A DNA stretch of 64,000 nucleotides. Source: Pecten maximus (Eukaryota). The notes beneath the pieces are model-generated. The model was not told the origin of the DNA, did not search any database, and was given only the letters and a program-made list of their open reading frames with translations. The translations under genes were made by a program, and so were the position numbers. Positions 1-13,669 of this stretch are shown here, piece after piece (position 1 is the stretch's first letter; every line of letters begins with the position of its first letter). The DNA is taken from positions 16,926,001 to 16,990,000 of the forward strand of contig NC_047022.1 of the NCBI RefSeq assembly GCF_902652985.1, given 5' to 3'.

Positions 1-330
1 TTTGAATGATTGTTTTTATTCTTTTATTCTTTATTGTTTGCACAGCTGTTACAGCAGGTTGTATATCTCATGTCATGGCATAGAATTCCTCTCTGATCTT
101 TTTCTTCTGGTCTTTTCATCTCTCCTCTTTCCGAATTTCCCCATTTTTCATTTATTCAAGTATTACATTGCTCACTTACGTATTCTCCCACTTGCTGCCG
201 TTTACTCAATGTGTCATAAAAGGAAACGGATTAATATAAGTCTTATACTTGTTTCCGAATCCTATTCACATTATGATTGTATGATTGTGTATTGTATATG
301 TATGAATTGAATGAATAAAATAAAGTTTAT
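1..330 (+). mobile_element. LINE 3' UTR/tail remnant
   Basis: GGAAACGG..ATAAGTC..TACTTGTTTCCGAATCC..AATAAAATAAAGTTTA matches the reverse complement of the CR1 3' end at about 13675-13775. Confidence 0.5.
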
Positions 331-1307
331 ATTAATCACGAAAACTTTACACTCGCTCCATACTCGTTTTGGTTTGCGCTGTCGTTGTTCTGTCCTTGAA
401 CATAGAACTTAACCTTAATTGTTCAGTGAGGTAGTAACCAACTAATATAACTACTTTAACATGATGTTTCAAGGGTTGAATTGATGAAGAATATGGCAAA
501 TATTTAATGGTTGACATCATGATTCCCTAAAGAAATATTATATTTTATTATGCAAAATATGACTTGTTACATGCTCGTTGAAATGTCTGGTTGTTTCGTT
601 TTCTTTCTCATTTTGAAATCATATGGCATTGCCATGATTTGACTCATATTGCAAGCAGAGGACACTTCCCGGGCCAGAAAAAAAAAACGGTTCATTTCAA
701 TTATCCCCATGTAAATGTATACTCCATTTGTATCTCGCCATTGTTTAATTGATTTTGAATTAGAAAACGGTTTCATAGACACTACGACATCTTATTTTGT
801 TTCTATTTATAATAGAACGTAACGCAAAAGTCTAACGGAGATTGAAATCGTTGAGGACTTGCTTAGTAGGCAGAAAAACAGTCTTTCCTATATAGCTTTG
901 GCGAACGAAACTCATTGGATGAAACTGATTCAAACCAGAACATGAACGAAAAATCCCTAATGTTAAGCAAACCTAACTCAATTACCGGTAAGTTATTCGA
1001 AACCAAAAATAACCTGCACAAACACTTTTAGACGTTTGTTAACCATAGTTTTGGGGTCATCGCTGTTAATGTCATGTTGACTAATTTTGGCTCTTAGAGA
1101 ACTATTCCATTGCATACAATAGTGAAGTTTGCTACTTATTTTCTGAACTTGTGGCATTTACAATGTCGGTGCATATTTGTATTCAGAAAACCAAGGTAAG
1201 ATGTGTGGCAGACATCTGTGAGAACAAGTTCTATGTATGTTTATTATCCATATGTTTGTATATTACTGTGTCTATTATCCCAAGGAACAGCTACTGGTAT
1301 AATGTAC

Positions 1308-1435
1308 CACAGGCGTCTGCATCTGATTAGTATTTATAGAAAACAAATATTAGCCCTTACTCCTACTTTTGTTACAGTAGGAGTAAGGGCTAATAGGTTT
1401 CCTTTCTAATAACTAACCAAATGCCGACGCCTCTG
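1308..1435. mobile_element. Palindromic MITE with CACAGGCG terminus
   Basis: Imperfect TIRs CACAGGCGTCTGCAT / ATGCCGACGCCTCTG. Central perfect 20-bp stem (1348-1367 / 1376-1395). Flanks AATGTAC / AGTGTAC resemble a 7-bp TSD. Confidence 0.7.
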
Positions 1436-2461
1436 AGTGTACTAACGTTAACGCTCTACCTGTTCTTTAAGACTAATTTTTTTCGTTGTAACATTGTACA
1501 TGTTTTAACATTTAAGATCCCGACTTCCTTCCAGGATTTTCATTTTGAATTTCCCGGCTGGCAGGAATATGGAAGGGAAAGGTGAAGGAGGTGGGGAAAT
1601 ATCTAATGATCCCGTGGACATGGTAAGTTCATATTCACAACAAAAAGTTCTACATCGATTAGATATTGATATGTGTTTGGAACATAAATTTATGTGAATG
1701 ACGAATGGATCATTAACATTTAAATCAAACAGGTAAAATAGGACTAACTTATCTCTGGTATGAAAACTGTAGTTGTTTGTTATACTTATAGTATAATATG
1801 AAATAAAATTAAGGATATGTATCAACAAAAAAATCATTATTAGGATGAATAATTCGTCACGATGAGTATTATATCAACATTTAATTGATAACTTTTGCTT
1901 ACAAACTTTATCGTATTCAGCGTATTGACTGTGTTTATAAAAAAAAGCGTTTAACACAAAATAAGACGTTTGTCACATTATCTTAATATAGGCCATGTTC
2001 TAAGGGTAAACAGATTGTACACGTTTAATTTAGAAACAAATTGAAGACAAGTATCATTTTTTAGTACAATATCCATTTTACTCTTTCGTTCGTCAGAAAT
2101 ATTAAGAATCATTATTATGTAATGGCAAGTGTTTTCGAATAAGTAAAACTTAAGTGTAAACAATGTAAAAGAATAAAAACTAATAAATTTACTCATTTAA
2201 CTTTCAGAAAAAGAACAGAAAAAAATTAATAGCTGAATATTATTTTGTTTAATCATTGATATGCGTTGTTCAGAACAGTACAGTATATACTAATGTATTT
2301 ACATGTATAACATACTTATGTGTTAGAATATACAGTCAGTAAGGTCAATTTGCAGTCATTTAATGCGTATCAAAATATTACGGCAAGATTTGTGAAAAAG
2401 ATTTGAAAAAACTCATTTTTTATTATTATATAATTGTGTACATAGTTTATGTACTATGCAG

Positions 2462-2568
2462 ACTTGATTTTATAATTGATGGTATTAATAAATAAAAAGA
2501 AAGGTATCAAAAGCACTTGATTTTATAATTGATGGTATTAATAAATAAAAAGAAAGGTATCAAAAGCA
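2462..2568. repeat. Exact 53-bp tandem duplication
   Basis: ACTTGATTTTATAATTGATGGTATTAATAAATAAAAAGAAAGGTATCAAAAGC twice. Confidence 0.9.
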
Positions 2569-3219
2569 ATTATGAAGGTTCTAACACATAAACTCTCTGA
2601 ATGTTTCATATCACAGGTACATGTATGTATTACTTAGTCTATGTTTACATTACACGATATCAGAAACAATAAGGCATTACCTTTGAACACAAAAAATGAA
2701 TAAATAAATATAAAGAAAAAAAACCTGGTCTATGAGACTTAACCTTTAAAACATCTAAGTGATTACCGGTAATTTTTACATTTTCACATAGAAAGAAACA
2801 TAGAAAGAAACCCACGGAATCATATTAACTATTGATTGTAAATTATCATATTTTTATCTTTCGTCAAATTCATATCGGATTACTGCTTTGAAAATTGCAT
2901 AAATGCAGGTAACATGACTTTAGAGTCAAAATCCTGTGAAAAGCTGACAATACGATACTAGTACTGTGGCATGATGGAAATATATAGATGAAAGTTGTCT
3001 CAAAAATATATCAGAAAGATATATGTAAAAATATTGCATAAAACAACAACAGGTTTGTGTAACAAAATATAATGGGTAAACGTCACCCCTGGAGTATTGA
3101 GGGTGTATTTATACTTATACATGTATTATAATAAATTGTGAAAGTTTAGAGAGGTATGACAAAACAGTTAAAACCAAAAATAGCTACACATGTAAATATA
3201 ATATACCACAAAAACTGCT

Positions 3220-3340
3220 AATTGCTACATAGAATGAGTTTGTCACAAAAATCGCTATATAGAATGAATTTGTCACACAAATTGCTACATAGAATGAATT
3301 TGTCACAAAAAATTGCTATATTGAATGACTGTCATAAAAA
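3220..3340. repeat. 30-bp tandem repeat, about 4 copies
   Basis: ATTGCTACATAGAATGAATTTGTCACAAAA units. Confidence 0.85.
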
Positions 3341-4129
3341 TGCAAAAACGGAAGACAAAAAATAACATAAAATACCACATTCCCTTCTTGGTAATTATTC
3401 CATTCCATATATTACCTCTAATTTTGTATCTATTTTGTACATACATAGTACATACATATATATGCCATATATACATATTTGACTGTTCTTATTCATAGCT
3501 TTCAAGTTAGAGTCAAAGAATGCTCTTATGTATGAAAAAGTATGTTTCAAAGTGTTGCATAATATTCGCAGTGTAAGTTTTGTTAATTTAGATAAATATT
3601 TAACACAAAATGATAATGGCAAACATCTGACTTAAAAATCAATGTACAAATGTAGAAAATACACAGCCTAGTCACACAGGAGAATTACAGATGCTATAAT
3701 ATAAGCTTAAAGAGTACAATGTTTGCATTTGAAAGTTATATCTGAAAATAAATCTTATGACATAACTGGCCTGTTTTACCAAGTTCTACAACATGAATAC
3801 CGTAAGACATGTGTAATAACACTACTGTGACATCATAAATATTTCATGATGTCACGATCGTTAACATACAGTATAACGTGAGATGATCATGTGTGCTTTC
3901 TTTCTTGGTTTGGAGCTTTCAGATTATTGTGTCCATACAAATGCCTGGTTTTTAGCCCATGCAACAATAATATAGCATTAATACATATAACAATATTCAT
4001 GGCTCCATAGTAACCACGGAAACGAAAGTTTATACACACCAAATGTTTCATGCTTTACAGTATGATGTTACATGATTGTCTCTGTAGAGAAACATACTGT
4101 ATACTTTATTAGGATTTATTAGGATAATT

Positions 4130-4560
4130 AATGGATGCAGGCTGGAAGCCTCTATATCCATATCAACGATATATGTACATAAAATAAATAAATGATTGAT
4201 TTCCAGTATATCAATTGCTATGTTTCCTCAATATATCTAAAATGTTAAACTTTAAAATGAATATTTTTCCAGTGTTTATCTAGCATTACTTCAAAGTTGT
4301 ATACAGTATCTGCATCTATAATATTTTGCGGCAAATTATTCCATACATCTATTATTCTGTTACTGAAGAAATTCTTTCTTAATTCTAGATTACAACGTTT
4401 CTTAAAAATTTTCTCAGAATGACCTCTCGTCCTACAAGAACTGTCCATTTGGAAAAAGTTCTCAGTTACTCTATAATCATAAAGTTTTTTAACTATTTTA
4501 AAAACATTGATAATGTCCCCTCTAGTTCTCCGATGTTGTAAAGTTGGAAGATTTAGTCTC
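4130..4560 (-). mobile_element. CR1-type LINE 3' fragment
   Basis: LPTLQHRRTRGDII..RTRGHSEKIFK..RKNFFSNRIIDVWNNLP, the typical CR1 ORF2 C-terminus. Confidence 0.8.
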
Positions 4561-5710
4561 TATTTATTGTACTTGTTCAATGATTAAATTCATATGCTGC
4601 TTGCTTAAAGGCAAATCAAATTAAAATTAGTGAACTTATCTTAAATTGATAAGTTCCATATGACATAGCCACGAATGTTAGATTAAACCTATTTCAATGC
4701 ATCTTTGTTAACTGTGGAACTATCATTTTCATAAAATTTTGATATTTACACAGATTTGCAGGCACATCACAGGCAGACATGATTGAATATTATTAAGTTA
4801 CATAACACAACCAAAATAATATCTTTCAGAGTGTCACATTTCGATGACTACAGTGTCACCTTCATCAGACTAATGACCAATGTGAAGCGTACTAGCACTG
4901 ACATATGTCGTGTTGAAGATAGTATTTTCTGGACTCGATTGACTGTTCAGGATGTTTCTTCTCTATAACGATCCTATGGATCTAAATCGGACACAGGTGG
5001 ATCAAAGATGGGAGGAGACATGGGATGGTGAAGGTGTTAGCATTGATGGGAGGCTTGGGGTTGTAAGGGGTCTTAGCATTAGTAGGGAGCTGGTGGGGGT
5101 GGTAATATTGGTTGGGGGTGGGGGGGTAGGGGGCTAGTTCAGCTATGGGTCCAGACACTTTCAACAACTTTTAACATAAAATGAAAGAAAGTATACATGT
5201 CATTTAATATATATCATAGTGCTGTAAACAAATTCCTGGTATATCGTATCATAACCTGTATACAAACAATCAGACTCATGCTGAATACAAGTAACATGTT
5301 ATCAAATGATTGAACAAGAAATATGCCCCTGAGTCATTAAGGGCTAGAATGAGAGAGTGATTTAATATCAGATAGGGTTTCAATATGAAAACGGGCAGGG
5401 TTTGGGTTGACAGCTGGAGGCTTTACCTAAGGAGACCCTTAAACCTAGGGAAACCTCTTCACCTAAAAGATATTCATGGCTCCTTTCCTGATTTCTTGCC
5501 ATATGACTTCAAGCCAAGTTTACATGCAGTTCAATTAATAATTTAATTCTTATAAACAGTAAAAATAAACAAATAAATTATACATTCAGTGAAGAGAGAC
5601 TTTTTTTCAATTTTACATTACATTATACAAGACTATCTTGACAAAGATGTTTATTTTTGGACATACTATCATATACTAATTGATCTTAACACACAAAAAA
5701 AGGATACTCT

Positions 5711-8700
5711 TCACTGTGCTAATCCACACATATCTAGACTTGCATTCCAAAGTCGTCCACATGCAACATCGTCTCTTGCCAGCTTGTTTTCATTAGAAAC
5801 TACACTTCTAGAGAAGTACTTCCCTGTAACTGACATGACACCTTCGTCTACCGCCAGGAATATACTGGTTTGAGCACCGCCTCTGTTGTCTAAACACAGG
5901 TGCCTGATGTTTAGAAAAAGAAAAGAAAAAAACATGTCAGCTTGAAAATGATTCAGATTTTGTATACAGTACCATAATTGCCCATATTCCAATTAGCACA
6001 CACATATGGATGCGCAATCTTTAATTTTAGTTAACACTTAATTACTTTTGTAAATTGTCAAATATGCCATCATGATTTGCCTCTTTATTTGATTCATAAC
6101 TTTTGGTCATATAAGCAATTATTTTAAGGACACTTGTAAGTTATTTTTCTTCATTCAATATGTTGTGTTATTTAGATACCTGTATGTCTATATATCATGG
6201 GTGTCATGCTTGAATACACAAAGGATAAAATCTTCTGATTCTTTCATTTGGCCTAGATATTTTATATCAAGGGGCGCTTATCTAGAGATACATATTTCAT
6301 CCATAAACACATTAGCATCCTCTTACCGTAATACAAATTTCCAAACAAAAAACAACAGATAGGTCCATTTAGATTTGAAGGGAATCCAGATCTCAGAGTT
6401 GATAACACCTGGGTGAAGAGAGTTAGCTGTCACGCCAGTACCTAAAAATAAAACAGTCAGAAAAATTATATGTCAAATTGTGCTCATCATAATAGTTCAT
6501 ATTAAGAACATCTAAAATTAACAAGATTCGGAAATATCAAAAAGGAAACAAACTGTTAAAGACAGCTAAAATTCACTTTAGTCGTTTAAAAAAATATGTT
6601 CTCAATTTCAGAGAATCTCCAGTCTGTCTTTCAATTAAAATTATAGTTGCTTCAATATCTATATAAATTTATTTTGGTTTGAACAATATTATAAAACAGT
6701 GTTTGAATCACTTAAAAGTCACAATTGATCAACATAACTTATCAAACAATTGATTATTTATTGAGAAAAAGATCTACAAAAACATTCTGACACCAAAATG
6801 GGGAAAATATGGCAGATTTGTTTTCAGTATCTTTGTCACCACAGTTATGTCAGGATATCTGGCCGACCATCGATCAATGTGCGATATACAGTGGTACATG
6901 TATATATAAGCTGCAGGTAGTTCTAGCTACAAGTAGGTAGTTATAGGTGCTATATATTGTCAGTTCAAGGCCCAGTCAGGGCACAAGTCTTAAAATTGTC
7001 TTCCTTCATCATTTGTGTTACTATCTTATATATCATATATTGAGTATCCTTTCAAATGAATTGTATTATGTAACTTACCAGCCAGTTTTTTTGCTAGTTC
7101 CCGTGCATGCATAACATTGGCCAGTTTACTGCATCTATAGTCAAACAGGTTAGGGTACCGCATTCCTTCCCGATTTGGTCCAGTATCAAAGTTGAGAGGA
7201 GTCCAATGCATTTTGTGCATAAAGGAGCTGACATTTATAATACGTGATGGAGAGGATATCTTCAGAAGGTCCGTTAGTAAGTATGTAAGAAGAAAATGAC
7301 CAACGTAGTTTGTTCCGAAAATGAGGTCAAACCTCTGACTTGTTAGAGTCAAGCCATTTTCTGGCTCAGATGCAATACCTGTAAATCAGAAAAGTATATT
7401 ATCATTTTAATCAGGAGTACCAAGATAACAATGTATTCAAAACATTTTAATACTGTCTAGTTGTTAAATTTCATGGGGTTAATATTTAGCAGTTGTCCCA
7501 GTCAGACCTAGATAGTATGCAGTATCAGGTTTCACACATCCACACCTTGTAGAGATACTGTAACACTTCTAATTTTTTTTTTTTTTTTTTTTGGTGTATA
7601 TACATTTAAATATTCTCTTGGTAGCTGTTTTTTGCGCTATATTCAATGACTACAAATATGGCAAAATTAAATCCTCTCCAATATTACAGTAACATGGGCA
7701 ATTGGCATTCTATATTTTGTGTACCTGACATTATGTTATCACATACAAAGTTGTCAAGGACTAGGCTTTAGGCCTTTTTATGTCAGACTCACTCATTCAC
7801 AAATGTAAGACAACATTTATCAAAAAGAAAAAAAATGTACATGTTTAAGATTCTGGTAAAGTTCAAGCCAGTTTTATATCATTGAATAAAGAATGATAAA
7901 AGTGTTTTATTACAGAGTCAAACTTTCATTACTATGGGTATGTCAGTGACAGTTTGGCATTTTTACTCATAGGAGAGGGTTTGTTTGTTTGTTTTTGTTT
8001 AACGTCCTATTAACAGTCACGGTCATTTAAGAGCGTGCCAGGTTTTGAAGGTGGAGGAAAGCCGGAGTACCCGGAGAAAAACCTCCAGCCTACGGTCAGT
8101 ACCTGGCAACTGCCCCATGTAGGTTTCGAACTCGCAACCCAGAGGTGGAGGGCTAGTGATTAAGTGTTGGGACACCTTAACCACTCATAAAGTCACTCAT
8201 AAAGTCGGGACACCTTAACCACTCGGCCACCGCGGCCTCCCAGAGAGGGATATGGGAAAGTGTTTTGGAAAATTTAAATAATTGACCACGTACTAGTATC
8301 ATATTATATAGTACAATTACCTTATAGGTTTATGTCTACAAGGAAGTTTTTGACAAATTTCAATCACTGACTGGTATCACTAGGGATACATGGACTTTCC
8401 TCACTAGATGAAGTTGTAGGGAAGTTTTTGACAAAATGGATATCATTTCTCATTAGAGAAATACTTTACATATTGTGGGGCTTTTCATGACATTTAATAT
8501 CATTCATCATTTAAAATACAGCAGAAATTTAAGTCATATCCTTTCTTGTATGTATAGTTCACTTCAAATGTCAGATATTTTATCATATGTCTGAGTACAA
8601 ATGTAAAGACACATAATTATGTGTTTGTTTAATACTCTGTAAAACATCCAAATAGAGGATATCATACATAAATGGTTATGTGACATGGAATTTAATATAT

Positions 8701-11700
8701 CAATTCAACAAGCATTCTGTGAGTATTGCTAAACCAATACATGTCCCCTACCGGTGCCCTCAAGTTAGAACTTTAGCCAAATTTGAGTAAAAAAGTTTAG
8801 CCAAAACTGAAACATGATCATTGTATGAAAATAAGTTCATTCCAAACAATCATGAATGTGTAAATTCAACTGTATTGGGTTGAATAAACAATGTTTCCTG
8901 CCCCTAAAAGATATTCATGTATTCTTTTGGTATGTCTACTGTACAGAGTAAAAGAATCTAAAGTGAATTTAAATTGAAATGTGTAATAACAGCCTTGGAT
9001 TGAAATATAAACATGATTCTGCATAGCACAGCATAGTAGTACACTGATTTTATTCCAAAAGAATCTCATATCAGTGAAGCATTCAATACAGAGAAAACAG
9101 TTAAGTCCACATTATGGAAAACATTTCTATACGAAAGTAATGCCATACACCCAAAGAACCTCTATGCAAAGAATCAGCATCCTAATACCATTATTAAGTG
9201 AATGGTGTGCCATTATAAAACTTTAACCAAAACTCTAACCGGCCGGATGGATGGACGGACGGACGGACGGACGCAGGCAAAACCTATAGTCCCCCCGGTT
9301 TCACCGGTAGGGGACTAATAAATTGACATGCCATGAGCCTTTAGGAATGTGATGTATACAATCATGATACAGCCACCAGTGTAAGATTCTGTTTATCAAG
9401 AAACTCATGGGCATATAAGTGAAAACATTCACATTGACTTCTATGAGTCAAGACAAGCAAATTTTCCCTACAGAAGCCATCATTCAACATCCAGTACTCA
9501 TTTTGATGTCATAATATAGTGTTATGTATATATAATTATGTACATTTTGTATGTTACAATATCTATATTACATGTGAGAACTGCTTGTCAAGATATTGTA
9601 TAATAAAATTTAATATGAAATTGAAATTCTTATAGTAATCTTATCATATGAAAATAAGCTTTGTGCATACCAGCATTATTGATAAGGATATCTAGTCTTG
9701 GCTCGGATCCATTGATGTGCTCTGCAAATCTTTTAACTGAATTTAGGTCTGACAGATCCAAATATTGATAATCCACATTGTAATTTCCTGTTTTGTCTGC
9801 AAATAAGAGAAATAATCTATTTAATGATAAAAAAGATAATTATAAAAAATATGCATAAATCATAAAAAATATATATTATTTTTTAAGTAGTACATGTATT
9901 ACCTTTAAATTGATGATTATTGCTGATATAAAACACACAGGCAGAAACTGAACAGATGTAAATAAGACAGAGAATTGAGGTGTATCATTTATCAGACACT
10001 CAGGAATACAGCACAGTCATGGTTAACATGTGGACAATTGTAACTTATATGGGAATCAAAGAGTTAGAGGGTACAAATTTATCATAGCAATATTGTTTTG
10101 TTTTGCTTGGTTATATTGCCTCTTGAACAGGCAGGATCAATTTGAGGTAGGGTCTCCTTGTAGTAGTTGGTGACTACCTCATAGAACGACATACAGTAGG
10201 CCTGTCACATGTCATCCAGAGCAATAATAAAGTGTCTCCCCAAGGAGACAACCATGGAAGGAGCATCGAACCATGCACCTCCGATCTTCACCTGAGGTGA
10301 CGTGTCATTGCTCTAACCAGCTGGGCTATTGTGCCCCACTTCTATAGAAATAAGGCAAATAACACTCATTATCATAGACCTATAAATTGGCATCACAGAA
10401 CAAGCTCCACAGCAAAATCATATTGTCAACAGATAACAATCTTTTCCAGTGGCAGAAATTACTGGAAACACTTTAGCAAATCAGTTCTGAATCAAGACAA
10501 GGGGGCTTATAGACTCTCCTATCTCAGATCATCCACTTACCGTGCATGTAACTATGCCTAGCCAAACTGATCTGTCTATTCATAGTTTCATACATTACAG
10601 TATTTACTTAAAGCCCTAATATAGATCTTTACACATAACACATCTGGATTAATGTACTGTATGTATAGGCAAAGACAAAAATATGACTTGTCAATTTCAT
10701 TTTCATCTCAAAACACTTTACCATATTTTCTATCCAATAGGCCTACTTCTTAAACACTTCCTCTTAAAATACCCCTTTTTCTTTCAATTAAATATTGAAA
10801 GATAAATGAATTCTCCCATTGATTTAAAAAAAAAAAAGTCATTAATCTACAAACATACATTGAACCTTACCTTTGATGTATTGTGCAGCTTGTTTGGCCT
10901 TGTTAAGGTTACGACAGGCCAGTATCACACGTGCACCCCTCCAAGCCAGTTCCAGTGCTGTCTCCTTTCCTATCCCAGAATTGCCACCTGTTATTATGAC
11001 AAGCATGTGATATAAACCATCAAGTCTGGTTTTTTTTTAATTTTCTTCCTATAAATACAATGTAAATATACATATATTCTGAATACCTTTCACAGGGTAA
11101 AAACTTAGCAAGACTGTTGATAAGTATCAGACTAGCAGGAATTTCCTCTGCCCAGCCACAGACTTGGACGTTCTGACAGATGTCTGGCATACATGTATAT
11201 AAGGCCCTACATCAGACATCTACACAAAAGGTACATGTAGCTACTTTGTATCTGTCAGAATGTCCAAGTATGGTGTCAGAGCCAGATGAAACTCGGGTTA
11301 GTATCAGGAACATATTGCTTGCTTATTGATATTCTGCCTACTGTCTGTTCTGTCAAAACCTTTTTATTGTTTTCTCTAAAGTAGTACTGTTGAATTCCTA
11401 CATACAGTATAAGCTGCTCCAATAAAGTTTGAGGATAACACGGCAAAAACTTATGACAGGCGCCATGTTGGTTACTCCAATAATATTAGAGGTGTACATG
11501 ACAGGAAACTTTTGACAGGCTGTCACAATATCCACCAATGTAATCAGGTGGAATAAGACCTCATATATACGTATAGGAGTAGTACATGTCGGTTAGCGTC
11601 AGAACCAAAAAATAGCCAAACACTTTAGCTAGCTGAAGTACAGTATAACCTATAGTCCTTATGAAAGTATATGGATCCAAGGGTAGATCCAACACTGTTG

Positions 11701-12502
11701 TTTTGGTGAAGGTTCAATTGGTTCATGGTATATCTTGGCTGGTACCATCTGGTATGCAGAGCGATTGAAGAATAGGGGCAAAGTAAAAAGAGTAGTCAAT
11801 CGAAACAAGATCTGCCATAATGAAGTTGGTTCATTATTAAAAAACCTCTACTGCAGTACTGGTTTCATCTGAACTGAAACCGGTAGACATTCTTAATAAG
11901 AACCAATTTATCCTGAGCTTGTTGCGATTGACTACACTTCTTACTTCATGAAAATATTTTAAAAAGTTGTTTTTTTCAAAACTGTACTGCACCAGCTAGA
12001 AACATTTTTGTTCATACTTACAAGAAGTGGACGTTCTACTAAGTGAACAGGATGGAGCTCATAGATACATATATATGCATACATCGAGTAACTTGGCGCT
12101 CACCTGGTCCAGAGACGTATATACCTGATATACAAGTCTCTGCCTGGTCCAAAGAAATCAATGTTTGGTAGATACCAATTATTGAAAGTGCAAAAATAGA
12201 TGCTACATTGTATCAAATTTTATGTTGAGGATAAAACTTAGCTGAAAGAAAAAGTGGATGTAGGGATAGCATTTTATGTCATAACAATGTTGCGTCGTGT
12301 AGCCTAAGTGGAAAGCTATTAGTTTACCTGTGATAATAACAGTCTTCCCGAACAGGCGTGCTTGACTCCTGTAGTAACGAGTTGTCCCCCATAGCAATTT
12401 GATCACGATCATAAATATAAGTAAGTATATCCCCAAAAATATGAGAGGGTAACCAATATAATACATGCCATCACTGACTTCTTCATCACCAAAGAACAAC
12501 AT
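5711..12502 (-). CDS. Retinol dehydrogenase 11/12/13-like short-chain dehydrogenase/reductase, 6 exons, 341 aa
   Basis: Exons (minus): 12328-12502, 10871-10987, 9671-9796, 7079-7378, 6327-6441, 5711-5903. All GT-AG and phase-consistent, 1026 nt. N-terminal hydrophobic anchor, Rossmann motif [37 protein letters not shown], catalytic [25 protein letters not shown]. Confidence 0.93.
7979..8241 (-). mobile_element. tRNA-derived V-domain SINE, copy 1
   Basis: A-box TGGCCGAGTGGTTAAGG, B-box GAGTTCGAAACC, V-like TTCTCCGGGTACTCCGGCTTTCCTCCAC, (AAAC)n tail. Internal duplication in the head. GAGAGGG on both flanks. Confidence 0.85.
8706..9322 (+). mobile_element. Non-autonomous Helentron/HINE (DINE-like) element
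   Basis: AACAAG start, subterminal IR GTCCCCTACCGGTG (8743) / CACCGGTAGGGGAC (9302), (GGAC)n microsatellite, 3' hairpin TAGTCCCC..GGGGACTA. Confidence 0.8.
10095..10338 (-). mobile_element. Older tRNA-derived SINE of a different family, possibly CORE-type
   Basis: Minus strand begins GGGGCACAATAGCCCAGCTGGTTAGAGC...GGTTCGATGC and ends in an (AAAAC)n-like tail. Confidence 0.5.
11131..11302. mobile_element. MITE (TIR about ACTAACCCGAGTTTCATCTGGCTCTGACACCAT)
   Basis: Imperfect TIRs of about 50 bp with ATCAG on both flanks. A shorter relative lies at 38589-38664. Confidence 0.65.
11781..11946. mobile_element. Degenerate MITE with AAGTAA..GTAGTCAATCG(A/C)AACAAG inverted termini
   Basis: Imperfect inverted repeat of about 30 bp at both ends. 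Shares CAATCGCAACA with the 43469 palindrome terminus. Confidence 0.55.
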
Positions 12503-13000
12503 TATTGTGTCGTTCCTGATGGATCTATATTAGCCTAATTTTAGAAGCAAAATCTGAAAATCTACAGTTACAGTACATAGGTCATGTCGGCGTGCCCAGT
12601 TACGAATCGAAGCGCCTCCGTGACGCAGACCTGAATATTGGGCGCGTTTGAGTAAAGAATAGGGCCGTTTGTATGGAACGGTTGGTCCAGTTAGACCGAT
12701 GTTCTTCGCTTATGAAATAAAGACGGACCTGACGATTTTATGTTGATTTCAGATCAGTCTTGACGAAGACCCCCAAGGCCTGCATTATCATTTGCAGGCC
12801 CGTCACAAATTATTTATTAGATCTAAGATTGTTCAACATTATAATTCATAACGTTATAATAAGCCAAGGCAGGTGGTACATTTATGATTATACATCAAAT
12901 CTGTACTGAAAGTATAGAATCTACTCAAAAACTTTTAAATGGCAACGCTTTCTCAAAATATTGAGAAGTACGTGTTCGAATCTCGGTGTGGAGAGACTAC

Positions 13001-13271
13001 ATAGCGGAACCGGAGTGGGCTTACCACCGTTGGTAAGGGGGCCTTGGTACTGAGGTACAAATGTAGCTGAAATGGTTCAGAGCACAGGTGCCTGACTCGT
13101 TTTATAAAGTAATAACATATTAGAGTACATTTATCTCATTTATATGTACTCTTATGTGTTATTTAAAAAGAACGAGTCAGGCACCTGTGTTCAGAGCATC
13201 CGTCTTGAGCTCAGAGGTCCTAGCTAGGTTCCAATCCCCCTGTCTGTTACATTTATACCAATCCTGTTACA
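13001..13271 (+). mobile_element. Degenerate solo LTR related to the tRNA-LTR TRIM, interrupted by a MITE
   Basis: Starts TAGCGGAAC, has A-box GTAGCTGAAATGGTTCAGAGCATCCG, then GAGGTCCT..GGTTCCAATCCC, and ends CATTT...TCCTGTTACA, in the same order as the LTRs at 46877 and 47133. Confidence 0.55.
13083..13189. mobile_element. Palindromic MITE (TIR CACAGGTGCCTGACTCGTT)
   Basis: Perfect 19-bp TIRs. Flanking direct repeat TTCAGAG (7 bp), or GTTCAGAGC (9 bp) if the TIR starts one base inward. Confidence 0.85.
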
Positions 13272-13669
13272 GTACACTGATTAAAGAGTGATTTGGCAAC
13301 GGCTTACAATGTACATGCACAGGCGCCTGCTTGTGGTTAGATATATAGAAACAAGAAATATCTTTAAAATAGTTTTAATGTTGTGGTTTTAATGCATTAA
13401 TTTCAGATCCGGTGATTCCACTATCAACCAAATTACAGGCAAACCTGCTCTAACGGGCACCTTGAATAAGCGGTCACCTCCGTTAAGCGGTCAGGGGGGG
13501 GGGGGGGGGGGGGGGGGGGGGAGGAAATATAAAAAAGCTCTGTGGTGCATTCTAGTGCATCATAGACCCCAAAAATCAGAGATTTACAAATTATAACCGT
13601 TTGAAGTTTTTCCCTTAAAACCTTCTTTAAAAAAAGGCAATCGTTTTGATCATTATCAGCTGAGTCTTA

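Noticed and set aside
4830-5167. G-rich block with short Pro-rich and Gly/Val-rich ORFs
   Set aside because: Stops in the plausible frames, no recognisable domain, no coherent splice model.
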